Made by a program: the position numbers and the translations under genes | Shown: in pieces, positions 1 to 10,228 of the stretch | Numbering within the stretch: the stretch's first letter is position 1 | Layout of the letters: every line of letters begins with the position of its first letter | Source of the DNA: Ruminococcus sp. | Lineage (GTDB): Bacteria; Bacillota; Clostridia; Oscillospirales; Ruminococcaceae | NCBI GenBank assembly: GCA_017624895.1 | Contig: JAGAMB010000064.1 | Location: forward strand, 11,139 to 75,138 | Length of the DNA stretch: 64,000 nucleotides | Reading direction: 5' to 3' | Notes under the pieces: generated by a model | Databases searched by the model: none | Seen by the model: only the letters and a program-made list of their open reading frames with translations | What the model was told of the DNA's origin: nothing

Positions 1-1
1 A

Positions 2-1108
2 GGTACTATCAGCGATGGTGCAAATACAGCCGCTGTAGCCGATACTATTAAATCCGAGGGACATTTCCTCCACATCGCTTCCGTTACTGAGGGTACTCTC
101 ACAAAGGGCGGAAAGGTAACAGCTGCTATCGACAGCGAGAGAAGAATGGCTATTATGAAAAATCATACATCTGCTCATCTTCTCCAGTACGCTCTCCGTG
201 AGGTTTTAGGCGACCACGTTCATCAGGCAGGTCAGCTTGTAAACGACAAGGCTTGCCGTTTCGACTTCAACCATTTCAGCGGACTTACAGCTGAGGAAAT
301 CGCAAAGGTTGAGGCTCTTGTAAATGCAGAAATTATGAAGGCTCTCCCCGTTACAATGGAGGAAATGCCCATTGACGAGGCAAGAAAGCTCGGAGCTATG
401 GCTCTCTTTGGCGAGAAATACGGCGATACTGTACGCGTTGTAACTGCTGATAATTCCGTTGAATTCTGCGGCGGTACACATATTTCAAATACAGCACAGA
501 TAGGACTTTTCAGAATAGTTTCCGAAAGCTCTGTAGCAGCAGGTGTAAGACGTATCGAGGCTGTTACAGGTATGGGAGTTCTGGAGCTTCTCAACGAGTA
601 CAAGAATACTATCGTAAAGGCAGCAGGCGCATTGAAGCTTGCAAATATAAATGAGCTTCCCGAAAAGTGCGCAGCTGTTTCAGCTGAATTGAAGGAAAAG
701 GAAAAGGCTCTTGAAAGCCTTGCACAGCAGGCAGCTAATGCTAAGGCAGCCGCTATGTTCGACAATGCCGTTGAAGTAAACGGAGTTAAGGTAATCGCTG
801 CAAGAGCTGACGGAACAGCTCCCGATGCACTCCGTAAAATGGGCGACAGCGTTAAGGATAAGGCTGAGGCTATCATCGCTCTCTTTGCAGGCGTAAACGG
901 CGAAAAGGGTACACTCTACTGTGTATGTACAGCAGAGGCTCTGAAAAAAGGCGCTCACGCAGGTAAGCTTGTACAGCAGGCAGCCGCAGTAACAGGCGGT
1001 AAGGGCGGCGGACGTCCCGACAGCGCTATGGCAGGTATGGGCGATACAGCAAAGGCTGACGAGGCTGTTGCTTCATTCACTGATATCGTAAAGGAATTTA
1101 TAAAGTAA
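2..1108 (+). CDS. alaS: Alanine--tRNA ligase, C-terminal part (begins upstream of the window)
   Basis: Frame open from nt 2; editing motifs NHTSAHLL and EFCGGTH, GVRRIEAVTG, C-terminal GGKGGGRPD (DHHA1). Confidence 0.97.
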   Translation, partial: GTISDGANTAAVADTIKSEGHFLHIASVTEGTLTKGGKVTAAIDSERRMAIMKNHTSAHLLQYALREVLGDHVHQAGQLVNDKACRFDFNHFSGLTAEEIAKVEALVNAEIMKALPVTMEEMPIDEARKLGAMALFGEKYGDTVRVVTADNSVEFCGGTHISNTAQIGLFRIVSESSVAAGVRRIEAVTGMGVLELLNEYKNTIVKAAGALKLANINELPEKCAAVSAELKEKEKALESLAQQAANAKAAAMFDNAVEVNGVKVIAARADGTAPDALRKMGDSVKDKAEAIIALFAGVNGEKGTLYCVCTAEALKKGAHAGKLVQQAAAVTGGKGGGRPDSAMAGMGDTAKADEAVASFTDIVKEFIK

Positions 1109-1119
1109 GGAGAATAATT

Positions 1120-1473
1120 ATGGACTGCTTATTCTGTAAAATCATAAATGGCGAAATCCCCTCTGCAAAGGTATACGAGGACGAGTTTGTGTTCAGCTTC
1201 AAGGACATTGCACCTATTGCTCCTGTACACTATCTCATCGTGCCTAAGGAGCATATCTGCTGCGCAAATGAAGTCAACGAGGGCAATTCAGCCGTTATAG
1301 CAAAGGTATTCGAGGCAGCTGCTAAAATTGCAAAGGCTGAAGGTATCGAAAGCTATCGTATAATCAACAACTGCGGAGATGACGCAGGACAGACTGTAAA
1401 GCATATCCACTTCCATATGCTTGCAGGCGTAAAAATGGGCTGGGGACCTGAATCCCTGGGCAAGACTGAATAA
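1120..1473 (+). CDS. Histidine triad (HIT/Hint) nucleotide-binding protein
   Basis: DCLFCKI N-terminus, HIHFH triad, SD AAGGAG. Confidence 0.95.
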   Translation: MDCLFCKIINGEIPSAKVYEDEFVFSFKDIAPIAPVHYLIVPKEHICCANEVNEGNSAVIAKVFEAAAKIAKAEGIESYRIINNCGDDAGQTVKHIHFHMLAGVKMGWGPESLGKTE

Positions 1474-1488
1474 CAGGGGGAAACAGCT

Positions 1489-2028
1489 ATGGCAGGCACC
1501 TACAAGATGACTATTGCAGGGCTGGAGCGTGAGCTTCCCCTGTGTCCCCTTAACGATAAAATCGACATTGCAGCGTTTGTAATGTTTTCCGATGTGGAGC
1601 TTACTGTGAAGTCAGCAGAGGCTCTCCTTGGGAAATGCCCCGACTTCGATGTTATTCTCACAGCGGAGTCAAAGGGAATACCCCTGGGCTATGAAATGGC
1701 AAGACAATGCGGAAAGCCGTATGTCGTTGCCAGAAAATCAATAAAGCTTTATATGAGCGATCCTGTAGCCGTTACTGTTAAGTCTATAACTACCGCAAAG
1801 GAGCAGACATTATATCTCTCTGCGGAAAAAGCGGCTATGATAAAGGGTAAGCGTGTCCTTGTGGTGGACGATGTTATCAGCACAGGTGAATCACTTAAAG
1901 CTCTTGAAAAGCTTATCGAGGGTGCCGGAGGAGAAATTGCGGCTGAGGCAGCAGTTCTTGCGGAGGGCGATGCCGCAGACAGAACAGATATAATCTTCCT
2001 TGAAAAACTGCCCTTATTCTTTAAATAA
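1489..2028 (+). CDS. Purine phosphoribosyltransferase (adenine/xanthine PRT-like)
   Basis: AESKG, ARK and PRPP-binding VVDDVISTGES motifs. Confidence 0.9.
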   Translation: MAGTYKMTIAGLERELPLCPLNDKIDIAAFVMFSDVELTVKSAEALLGKCPDFDVILTAESKGIPLGYEMARQCGKPYVVARKSIKLYMSDPVAVTVKSITTAKEQTLYLSAEKAAMIKGKRVLVVDDVISTGESLKALEKLIEGAGGEIAAEAAVLAEGDAADRTDIIFLEKLPLFFK

Positions 2029-2033
2029 CAATT

Positions 2034-4031
2034 ATGAAGCGAAAAGTGATTTTGGCGGCAGCAGCATATGTGTCGGGATTATTTTTCGCTTCATTCTTTT
2101 ATGACATCAATGGTGTTATAATTGCTTTATCCGCTGCTGTTCTCGTGGCTGCTCTGGCTAAGCTGAAAGGCTTCAAAGCCGTGGATTACCTGATTATATC
2201 GGTATTTTTCATCATGGCAGTCACAGTAAACCGAAGCTACACCCACTTTGTATATGATAAAATAGCGGCATACAGCGGAACAGACGGCAGCTTCTGCGGC
2301 GAAATAACCGACTATACTATGTATGATGGCAATTTTGCCTCATATACCATTAAAGGTAAAATAAACAACGAGCAAAAAGCAAGGATAAGCCTGTTTACAA
2401 CTGCCCTTGACGCTGATTACGGCGATATCGTCACCATAGAGAAATGCACGTTTTCAACTGTTGAGGGCGACTACCTTTTTGACAGCGCTGAATGGAACAA
2501 ATCCCGTCATATCTTCCTTGAAGCAGAAAAAATCAGCGGTATCTCTGTAGAAAAGCGCAATATGTCGCATATCAGAAGAAGTCTTTCCCGTTTCCGCAAT
2601 AAAATGAGTGAACGTATCCTCATTGAAATGACAGACGAAACAGGTTCTGTCCTTGCAGGAATGATATTCGGTGAGAAGCGCCACATTAACGACCAAACGC
2701 GGACAGCCCTCTATAAAGCAGGCATAGGTCATATCCTCGCTGTGTCAGGACTTCACGTTTCGACGTTGGGAGCCATTGTAATGGCTGTTCTCAAGCGGCT
2801 TCGGCTCAATAAATACCTGTGCTTCGCGGCAGTTAATATTGTTCTCATTCTCTTTACAGCACTTGCGGAATATCCTGTTTCCGCCATAAGAGCCGTGTTT
2901 ATGCTTGATATGCTATACTCCGCGGAGCTTTTCGGTGAGCAGAACGATTCACTCAATTCAATATGCCTTGCCGCCCTTATAATATGTATCTGCGACTGTT
3001 ATGTGTTATACAGCAGCAGCTTTATACTATCATTCTGCGGTACATACGGAGCAGCAGTATTTGCGCCATATATGACTGAAAATATCCGCAGGGAAACTAT
3101 CCGCGGCAAAGTAATGTACACAATAGCCTCGGCTGTATTTGTATCACTTGCAGTAACACCTGCATCTATGTATTACTTTGATGAAACTTCGATTATCTCA
3201 CCGCTGTCGAATATACTGCTTCTCCCCCTTTGTACAGCGTCAATGCTGTGCGGTATGGCTTTCGTTGTAACCGGCGGAATATTCAGCTTTCTCCTTATAC
3301 CTGCCCGACTTTTCCTGACAGCTGTTATAGGTATTTCTCACGCTTTATCGTCTGTGCCGTTTTTAACGATACCACGTATTGACGAGCTTATACCTGCCAT
3401 ATTTATCATATCGGCAGGAGCTGTAGCTGTAACATATCTTTTCAGCGGCAATAAAAAGACAGTATCAAACATACTATTGATCGTTGTACTCCTTTCGGCT
3501 TCGGTAAATATTATCCTGAGCCAATCATCGGTGAACCGCACATCAATAGCTGTTCTTGGCGATAAAACTTCTGCGGCAGTTGTTATATCCTGCGGCAGGG
3601 AGCGTCTTATAGTTGATATGGGCGGCAGCAATGAGGAATATGTTGAAAAGTATCTGGTAACTCATGGCGGCAATTATAACGATCACCTTCTGCTAACAGA
3701 AAGAATTGAAGCGAAATATGTTTCATACGGACAAAATTTTGATAATCTCAGGATATACAGCGTAAATGGCGGTAATGACGAATTTGATTTTTCCACCAAT
3801 AAATTCAAAGCGGAATATTCAGACGGCATACTTGAAATAACCGTGGAGAACTGCGTCATTGCTTTTCACCCTGCAAAAGCAGAGGACGATATATCGGCGG
3901 ATTTATGCGTTGTATACGGAAATGTTCCCAAATCGGCTGATATGGAGAGGGACTGTCTTATTATCCGTGACAACGGCAACAACTTTGAAATTCTTCCCTT
4001 GAACGGGAAATACAGAATAAGGAGTCTTTAA
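2034..4031 (+). CDS. comEC: ComEC/Rec2 family DNA uptake membrane protein
   Basis: GIGHILAVSGLHV motif, SAIRA, multiple TM segments, conserved position upstream of holA. Confidence 0.9.
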   Translation: MKRKVILAAAAYVSGLFFASFFYDINGVIIALSAAVLVAALAKLKGFKAVDYLIISVFFIMAVTVNRSYTHFVYDKIAAYSGTDGSFCGEITDYTMYDGNFASYTIKGKINNEQKARISLFTTALDADYGDIVTIEKCTFSTVEGDYLFDSAEWNKSRHIFLEAEKISGISVEKRNMSHIRRSLSRFRNKMSERILIEMTDETGSVLAGMIFGEKRHINDQTRTALYKAGIGHILAVSGLHVSTLGAIVMAVLKRLRLNKYLCFAAVNIVLILFTALAEYPVSAIRAVFMLDMLYSAELFGEQNDSLNSICLAALIICICDCYVLYSSSFILSFCGTYGAAVFAPYMTENIRRETIRGKVMYTIASAVFVSLAVTPASMYYFDETSIISPLSNILLLPLCTASMLCGMAFVVTGGIFSFLLIPARLFLTAVIGISHALSSVPFLTIPRIDELIPAIFIISAGAVAVTYLFSGNKKTVSNILLIVVLLSASVNIILSQSSVNRTSIAVLGDKTSAAVVISCGRERLIVDMGGSNEEYVEKYLVTHGGNYNDHLLLTERIEAKYVSYGQNFDNLRIYSVNGGNDEFDFSTNKFKAEYSDGILEITVENCVIAFHPAKAEDDISADLCVVYGNVPKSADMERDCLIIRDNGNNFEILPLNGKYRIRSL

Positions 4032-5116
4032 TGGCAAATTTAAATATAAAGGAGCTTACGGCTGAGCTGAAAAAAGGCTCCCTGAGCCGTGTTTATTATA
4101 TATTCGGTGCTGACACCGCAGGAGTAGCTGATGTCACACGCAAAATTATCAAAGCAGCTGTCGGTGATAATGAGGAATTTGCTCTTACAAAGCTCGACGG
4201 CAAAAGGCTTGATATGTCACAGTTAGAGGAGCTTATCGGGCAGTTCAATATGATGTCGGAGTATAACTGTATACTCATCAACGACTATAACTGCGAAAAG
4301 CCCTGCGAGGATATGAGGGGAAAAAAAGCTGACGATATAACGAAAAATCTCCTCTCGGTACTGAAAAATATCCCCGACCAGACTGTGGTGATATTCAATG
4401 TAACAGGCTTTGAGGTCAAAGTCCAGACGGACTACAAAACACGCAGAAACGTCATAAAAGACAAGAACAAGAAGCTTGCGGACTTCGCTGATAAGAACGG
4501 CATAGTCTGCGAAATGCCCATAAAGACGGCACAGGAGCTTTCACGTATCATTACCAATATGGCGGCTTCAAGAGGAGGCGCTATCTCCCTCAATAACGCT
4601 CAGGAGCTTGCGGAGCTTTGCCTCTGCGATGAGCTTGTTATCCGAAACGAGCTTGACAAGCTCTGCGCCTATGCCAACGGCAGGGAAATTACTGCCGATA
4701 TGATAAAGGAGCTTGTAAGCCAGCGTACTGATATGACTATATACAACCTTGCAAAGGCTGTTGCTTCATTCAATGCAAAGGCGGCTTTTGAGGCTATTGA
4801 CGAGATGAACATAACAAAGGATAACAGAACGCTTGTTTTCCACGCCATATTCTCAGCCTTTATTGATATGTACCGTGCCGCCTGCGCAAGAAAAAGCGGC
4901 GTATCCATAGATAAGGCGGCGGCTGATTTCGGCTACTATGGCAGAACTTTTATTATGAAAAACGCTTTTAACTCCAGCTCAGGAATGACTGTGGAAATGC
5001 TGAGAAAATGCGTCATCATACTCCGTGATACCGCCGAGAGAATGAATTCCACCGCCTGCGAACCGAGATATGAAATTGAACAGGCAGTTACGCGAATGTT
5101 AAAGGTGAAACGATGA
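4031..5116 (+). CDS. holA: DNA polymerase III subunit delta
   Basis: VYYIFG N-terminus, NELDKL..Y, IT..MI..LV motifs; comEC-holA synteny. Confidence 0.88.
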   Translation: MANLNIKELTAELKKGSLSRVYYIFGADTAGVADVTRKIIKAAVGDNEEFALTKLDGKRLDMSQLEELIGQFNMMSEYNCILINDYNCEKPCEDMRGKKADDITKNLLSVLKNIPDQTVVIFNVTGFEVKVQTDYKTRRNVIKDKNKKLADFADKNGIVCEMPIKTAQELSRIITNMAASRGGAISLNNAQELAELCLCDELVIRNELDKLCAYANGREITADMIKELVSQRTDMTIYNLAKAVASFNAKAAFEAIDEMNITKDNRTLVFHAIFSAFIDMYRAACARKSGVSIDKAAADFGYYGRTFIMKNAFNSSSGMTVEMLRKCVIILRDTAERMNSTACEPRYEIEQAVTRMLKVKR

Positions 5117-5712
5117 TAAAGATTGATCAGGCTGTAATTGTTGAAGGGAAGTACGATAAAATCAAGCTTTCCTCGGTAATTGACGGCGTTATAATAGTGA
5201 CAAACGGCTTCGGTATATTCAAGGATAAGGAAAAGCTGGAGCTTATCCGCTTCTATGCGGAAAAAACAGGCATAGTAATTCTCACCGACTCCGACAATGC
5301 AGGGCGGAAGATACGAGGATATATCAAGGGAGCTATCAGAAAGGGAAGTATAACAAACGTCCATATTCCCGATATATTCGGCAAGGAGAAACGCAAGACA
5401 AAGCCCTCCGCAGAGGGTAAGCTGGGAGTTGAGGGAATTGATGTGAAAACTCTCAAAGAGGCTTTTGCAAAGGCAGGTATATCATCCGCCGAAAGAACAG
5501 CTCCGAAGGATATCACAAAGCTGACAATGTTTGAGCTTGGTCTAAGCGGCAGAAATGACAGCAGCACACTGCGGAAAAGGCTGCAAAGCAGACTTGGACT
5601 TCCCTCTATGCTTTCAGCTGTGGCACTCCTTGAAATACTCAACACAATGATGACAGCCGCAGAGCTGAAAGAGCATATTGCGGCTTTAAAGGAGATAGAA
5701 AATGACCTATAG
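5113..5712 (+). CDS. rnmV: Ribonuclease M5-like Toprim/DUF4093 protein
   Basis: IVEGKYD, LTDSDNAG.KIR, GVEG, LGL.G motifs. Confidence 0.85.
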   Translation: MIKIDQAVIVEGKYDKIKLSSVIDGVIIVTNGFGIFKDKEKLELIRFYAEKTGIVILTDSDNAGRKIRGYIKGAIRKGSITNVHIPDIFGKEKRKTKPSAEGKLGVEGIDVKTLKEAFAKAGISSAERTAPKDITKLTMFELGLSGRNDSSTLRKRLQSRLGLPSMLSAVALLEILNTMMTAAELKEHIAALKEIENDL

Positions 5713-7075
5713 CAGTCTGCCGTTTATATACATCTTCCTGCCTCTGTCGCTGGCGGTATATCTTGCTGTGCCGAAAAAGCTAAAAGATATGGCGCTTTAT
5801 CTTGAAAGTCTTGTATTCTGCGGCTTTATGGGAATAAAACTTATGGCTTTTATGGTGGTTTACTGCCTTGTGAATTATATATCAGGACTTTCTGTATACT
5901 ACATCAGACCAAAGCTGAAAAGTATCCCCCTTGCCGTTGGTATTCTCTTTGACGTAATTATGCTGATATCCTTCAGGCATAGCTATTTCGCCTATCTCCA
6001 CGGCTTCACAAGACTATCGGACGCTGTTTTCCCTGTGGGTATATCTCTTTTTACCCTGTCTGCTATAGGCTATCTTGCAGATATCTACAAGGGACATTCA
6101 AAGGCTGATAAGAATTTCATACGCTTTTCACTTTATATTATGATGTTCCAGCGGCTTATTATGGGAACTATCGTAAGCTATGACACTTACGTCCACACAT
6201 TGAAAAAGCGCCGTATCAATATAACGGAGCTTGGCAGCGGATTTATCTGCTTTATAAAGGGACTTGCAAAAAAAGTCATTATAGCCGACTCTCTTTTCGT
6301 GCTTAATTCAGCAGTAAGAAGCACTTCCATTCAGGAGCTTTCCGCAGCAGGTGCATGGCTTGGCATATTAGCTTATGTACTATGTCTGTATTTTACCCTG
6401 TCAGGCTTTTCTGATATGAGTGTGGGACTATGCCGCTGCTTCGGTATGAAGTTTTCCGGCAGCTTTAACTATCCCCTTTTCGGCTCAAAAATCCGCGTAT
6501 TTGTATCAGGCTGGCATATTCAGGTGCTTCACTGGTTCAGAAAATATATCACCAGCCCCCTTTCATCAAAGACGGATAATCCCTATTTAAGCAAACTTGT
6601 TTTTGTAATGGTATGGATGCTCGCAGGTATATGGTACGGCTTCAGCACAGGCGGAGCTGTATGGGGTATGCTTATGGGTATTGCCGTTTTAGCAGAAAAT
6701 AAGCTGAATAACAGAAAACGAGCAAAGCCTAATGGTATAATTTACTCAATGCTGTCAATTACTCTTATGATGGTGTTTCTTTCACAGGGGAGCATTTCCC
6801 GCGGTCTTGGCTATCTGTGGGTTATGTTTGGCGGAAACGGCAATCTTGCGGACTCCGCAGCAGCTTATATGCTGAGATATTATATTGTCATACTCCTCAT
6901 TGCTGTCTATGCTTCAACAGACCTTTTCAGAAACACAATAGCAAGGATAAAGGATATGCGCTTCGGCAGGATTATATCTGCTGCTACACCTGCTGTTGTG
7001 ACCGCTATGCTCATTATATGCACATCACTTATGGCATACAGCGGTCAGTCAGACACAATGATCATAAGACTATAA
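5702..7075 (+). CDS. MBOAT family (AlgI/DltB-like) membrane protein with atypical active site
   Basis: PVGISLFT, GLAKKVIIAD, LYFTLSGFSDM, WHI motifs; canonical GLWHG reads GIWYG. Confidence 0.88.
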   Translation: MTYSSLPFIYIFLPLSLAVYLAVPKKLKDMALYLESLVFCGFMGIKLMAFMVVYCLVNYISGLSVYYIRPKLKSIPLAVGILFDVIMLISFRHSYFAYLHGFTRLSDAVFPVGISLFTLSAIGYLADIYKGHSKADKNFIRFSLYIMMFQRLIMGTIVSYDTYVHTLKKRRINITELGSGFICFIKGLAKKVIIADSLFVLNSAVRSTSIQELSAAGAWLGILAYVLCLYFTLSGFSDMSVGLCRCFGMKFSGSFNYPLFGSKIRVFVSGWHIQVLHWFRKYITSPLSSKTDNPYLSKLVFVMVWMLAGIWYGFSTGGAVWGMLMGIAVLAENKLNNRKRAKPNGIIYSMLSITLMMVFLSQGSISRGLGYLWVMFGGNGNLADSAAAYMLRYYIVILLIAVYASTDLFRNTIARIKDMRFGRIISAATPAVVTAMLIICTSLMAYSGQSDTMIIRL

Positions 7076-7090
7076 TAAGGAGGCAAATCA

Positions 7091-8179
7091 ATGAAACTTG
7101 CTGAAAAAATAACGGCATTAGCCGTAATGACAGCTATAACGGCTGCCTCCGCCGCTGCTGTTTTCAATGGAAACTTTTTCCGTAATATGGCAGACATCAG
7201 CTCTGAAAAGCTTCTTGAGGGAGGCTTTGCCGACGAGCTTGCAGAAAAAACAGCGGACAGCTTCCCTTTTGCCAAGGAGCTTAGGGCTGTTGCGGCAGAA
7301 ATCGGTGCAAAGGCGGGTGAGCCTGTTGTAAACCGTGTATATATATCCGAGGACAGACTTTTAAGCGCCGATGAGTACAGCTTATCCGCAGCTGATAATT
7401 GTACCGCCGCTGTTAATGCATTTTCCGCAGGATATGAGGGAGCTGTTTATTTTACTGCCGTTCCCACTTCAACAGGAATATATGGCGACAGTCTGCCGTC
7501 CTATCTTCTGCCTGTAACGGAAAAACAGCTTACAGAGCGTATTTATGAGGGAATGAGCAGCGATATACGCAAAATCGACGCGTATACCATACTGAAAAAT
7601 CTCAGCGAAAACTATATATACTACAGAAGTGACACAAAATGGACAAGCTACGGCGCATACTGCGTTTACAGAACGGTTATACAGAAGCTGGGCTTTATTC
7701 CTGTGCCGTATGACAAATACGCTATACGCCACGTAACAGACAGCTACCGCGGAAATCTCTACAACCGCACAGGATATATGGAGTCAAGGGCGGATATACT
7801 TGATATATACGAATACGACGACGGCACAGAAATAATCAGCTGTACAGGTATTGATTCTCAAGGAGTAAGTCACGAAATCAGCCTTTACGATATGGAGGCG
7901 GCTGAGTCAGAAAATCCATATGATCTTTATCTCGGTGAACCTATGGAATTTGTTGAAATAAAGACAACAGTAAACAACGAAAAAGCCCTCCTTGTCATAG
8001 GTGATGAAACAGCGGACTGCTTTATCCCATTTCTGACTAAACATTACAGCGAAATCGCCATAGCTTCCGCTGACAATTTTGAACAAGTATTAGAAAAATA
8101 TACTGATACAAAAAAATATGAGCAAACGCTTTTCATCTTAGGTATGGAGCATATTGCAGAAAACTACAGAGGTGAATAA
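7091..8179 (+). CDS. DHHW/AlgJ-like exported protein with atypical active site
   Basis: N-terminal hydrophobic anchor; YYRSDTKWTSYGAY corresponds to YYRTDHHWT.xGAY; LLVIGDE...F.PFL..HY; follows the MBOAT gene. Confidence 0.8.
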   Translation: MKLAEKITALAVMTAITAASAAAVFNGNFFRNMADISSEKLLEGGFADELAEKTADSFPFAKELRAVAAEIGAKAGEPVVNRVYISEDRLLSADEYSLSAADNCTAAVNAFSAGYEGAVYFTAVPTSTGIYGDSLPSYLLPVTEKQLTERIYEGMSSDIRKIDAYTILKNLSENYIYYRSDTKWTSYGAYCVYRTVIQKLGFIPVPYDKYAIRHVTDSYRGNLYNRTGYMESRADILDIYEYDDGTEIISCTGIDSQGVSHEISLYDMEAAESENPYDLYLGEPMEFVEIKTTVNNEKALLVIGDETADCFIPFLTKHYSEIAIASADNFEQVLEKYTDTKKYEQTLFILGMEHIAENYRGE

Positions 8180-8180
8180 T

Positions 8181-8933
8181 ATGAAGGCATTAATTACAGG
8201 AGCAACATCAGGTATAGGCAAAAGGATTGCGGAAAATCTCAACAGACGCGGCTGGGAGCTTATACTGACAGGACGAAATAAGGATGTACTTGAAGAAATG
8301 CAGAGAAATATGGGCAGATGCGAGATAATTTCTGCCGATTTATCAAAAAAATCTGAGATAATGAAGGTCTACAGCTTCTGCAAGGACAAAAATGTGGATA
8401 TGCTTGTGAACAATGCAGGGTTTGGCGTATTCGGAAGATTTTCCGAAACTGATCTTGACCGTGAGCTTGAAATGATAAATGTGAATATAACAGCTGTTCA
8501 TATCCTTATGAAACTTTTTCTCCGTGATTTCAAGGAAAGAGATAAGGGCATTATCCTTAATGTAGCCTCATCTGCGGCATATCTTACCGGTCCCCTTATG
8601 GCATCATACTACGCTTCAAAAAGCTATGTACTGAAGCTGTCAGCTGCTGTTGCAGAGGAGCTTCGCCGGGAAGGTTCAAAAGTAAAAATATCCGTACTCT
8701 GTCCGGGACCTGTTGATACGGAATTTAACAGCAGAGCAGGTGTATCATTCAGTATGAAGCCGATCTCTGCGGATTTTGCGGCTGATCAAGGTATAAAGGC
8801 GGCTCTTGCAGGAAAGCTCATTGCTGTCCCCGGACTTATAATAAGGCTCGGCACAATAGGCGCAAAGTTTCTGCCCCATAGCCTTACTGCCCGACTTGTA
8901 TACGGAATGCAGGAGAGGAAAAAGGATATATGA
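8181..8933 (+). CDS. Short-chain dehydrogenase/reductase
   Basis: TGATSGIG, NNAG, YYASK; start moved to ATG 8181 behind GAGGTG. Confidence 0.93.
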   Translation: MKALITGATSGIGKRIAENLNRRGWELILTGRNKDVLEEMQRNMGRCEIISADLSKKSEIMKVYSFCKDKNVDMLVNNAGFGVFGRFSETDLDRELEMINVNITAVHILMKLFLRDFKERDKGIILNVASSAAYLTGPLMASYYASKSYVLKLSAAVAEELRREGSKVKISVLCPGPVDTEFNSRAGVSFSMKPISADFAADQGIKAALAGKLIAVPGLIIRLGTIGAKFLPHSLTARLVYGMQERKKDI

Positions 8934-9475
8934 AAGATATAAGCTACAGAGTTGCGCTGGGCGGAATAGTATCAGCTCTGTGCCTGCTGTGTATGTTCCT
9001 TGCAGGAATAATGCCGGTTTTTTACCTTATACTGCCAATGGCTGCCGGTATACTCCTTATGATAATAGCTGAGGAGATAAGTATGAGCTGGGCATGGCTG
9101 ACATATCTCGCGGTATGTCTTCTTTCAATGCTGATAACGGCTGATAAGGAATCAGCCCTTGTGTTTGTAATGCTTTTCGGTCATTATCCTATGGTGCGTA
9201 TATACCTTGAAAAGCTGAAATTCAAGGCTTTGCGGTATATTCTCAAGGCGCTGATATTCAACATCTGCTCCATTTCATTTTTCCTTGTAACAGTATTCAT
9301 TTTCGGCATTGACCAGATGCTGACAGATATGAATGATATCGGAAAATTCGGAGGAGCTTTATTCCTCGGTCTTGCCAATGTGATATTCGTGCTGTATGAT
9401 TTTAATCTTGGAGCGATTTATGTACTTTACATAAAGCAGCTTTTGCCAAAATTCCGAAAAAGACAGCGAAAATAA
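8930..9475 (+). CDS. Conserved multi-pass membrane protein of unknown function
   Basis: About 5 hydrophobic segments, FGHYP motif, ATGA overlap with the SDR gene. Confidence 0.75.
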   Translation: MKDISYRVALGGIVSALCLLCMFLAGIMPVFYLILPMAAGILLMIIAEEISMSWAWLTYLAVCLLSMLITADKESALVFVMLFGHYPMVRIYLEKLKFKALRYILKALIFNICSISFFLVTVFIFGIDQMLTDMNDIGKFGGALFLGLANVIFVLYDFNLGAIYVLYIKQLLPKFRKRQRK

Positions 9476-9491
9476 TGTTATTTTTAAAAAT

Positions 9492-9522
9492 AAAACGGAC
9501 GTGAAATATCGTCCGTTTTTTT
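9492..9522. terminator. Bidirectional intrinsic terminator
   Basis: AAAACGGACG-8nt-CGTCCGTTTTTT between convergent genes. Confidence 0.8.
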
Positions 9523-10180
9523 ATGTAATGCTGTCGCTCCACGCTTTGACGGAATAATCCGGTACATCACCGATTATCACAGTTTCAGCTATCAGATAAT
9601 CAAATTCAACCCTTGTGTCAAAGCTGTACAGCGGAAATGAGGATTTCATATCAGCCCCTATTTCAGCATATATCCTGTGCCGCGTCTGATTTATTCCTGC
9701 AGAGTCAAAACTGCTTTTCAGCCTGACCTCAGCAGTTCCTACAGGACATATACCCACCTTTACAGCAGGCCCTTTACCTGCTAACAGATAAGAGCCACTG
9801 ATATTTCCCAGAGGGATTTCCGCCTGAGTTTTTCCCGATTTATCAATGCTTTCGTTAATATGCAGCGCAAGCTCCGACTGAACGCGGTTGATGTTATTTG
9901 TAAGCGCCTCCACAGAAGATACATTCCCCGACTCATCATATACAATAGTGGAAAAAGCTCCGTATGAGCAGTCACAATCGGCTATATACCGTGAAACAGC
10001 CTTAGTTATTATCTCATATGCCCTATGCTTTGACAGCTGTTCAGCCTGCATCTGCGCAGATGGTCTGACAGCTCTGTCAAGCCTTATAACGGAAAAGGTA
10101 AACAGCAAAATAATTGACACAAACGCTGACGCGCTGATTATCCTGCTTAGATGTCGGTTTCTTCTCTTTCGCCTTTTCAT
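9521..10180 (-). CDS. yunB: Sporulation protein YunB
   Basis: IPLG..G..LL.G.GP, F.SAGINQTRHRI, IAETVIIGDVP. Confidence 0.9.
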   Translation of the reverse strand: MKRRKRRNRHLSRIISASAFVSIILLFTFSVIRLDRAVRPSAQMQAEQLSKHRAYEIITKAVSRYIADCDCSYGAFSTIVYDESGNVSSVEALTNNINRVQSELALHINESIDKSGKTQAEIPLGNISGSYLLAGKGPAVKVGICPVGTAEVRLKSSFDSAGINQTRHRIYAEIGADMKSSFPLYSFDTRVEFDYLIAETVIIGDVPDYSVKAWSDSIT

Positions 10181-10228
10181 ATTATATCACCCCTTTTATT
10201 ATATTCATCAATAAGAAAAAAGGTGTAG

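Noticed and set aside
10181-10228. Sigma-K/E promoter for yunB
   Set aside because: Only a partial -10 (GAATATAAT) and an ambiguous -35; not enough to call
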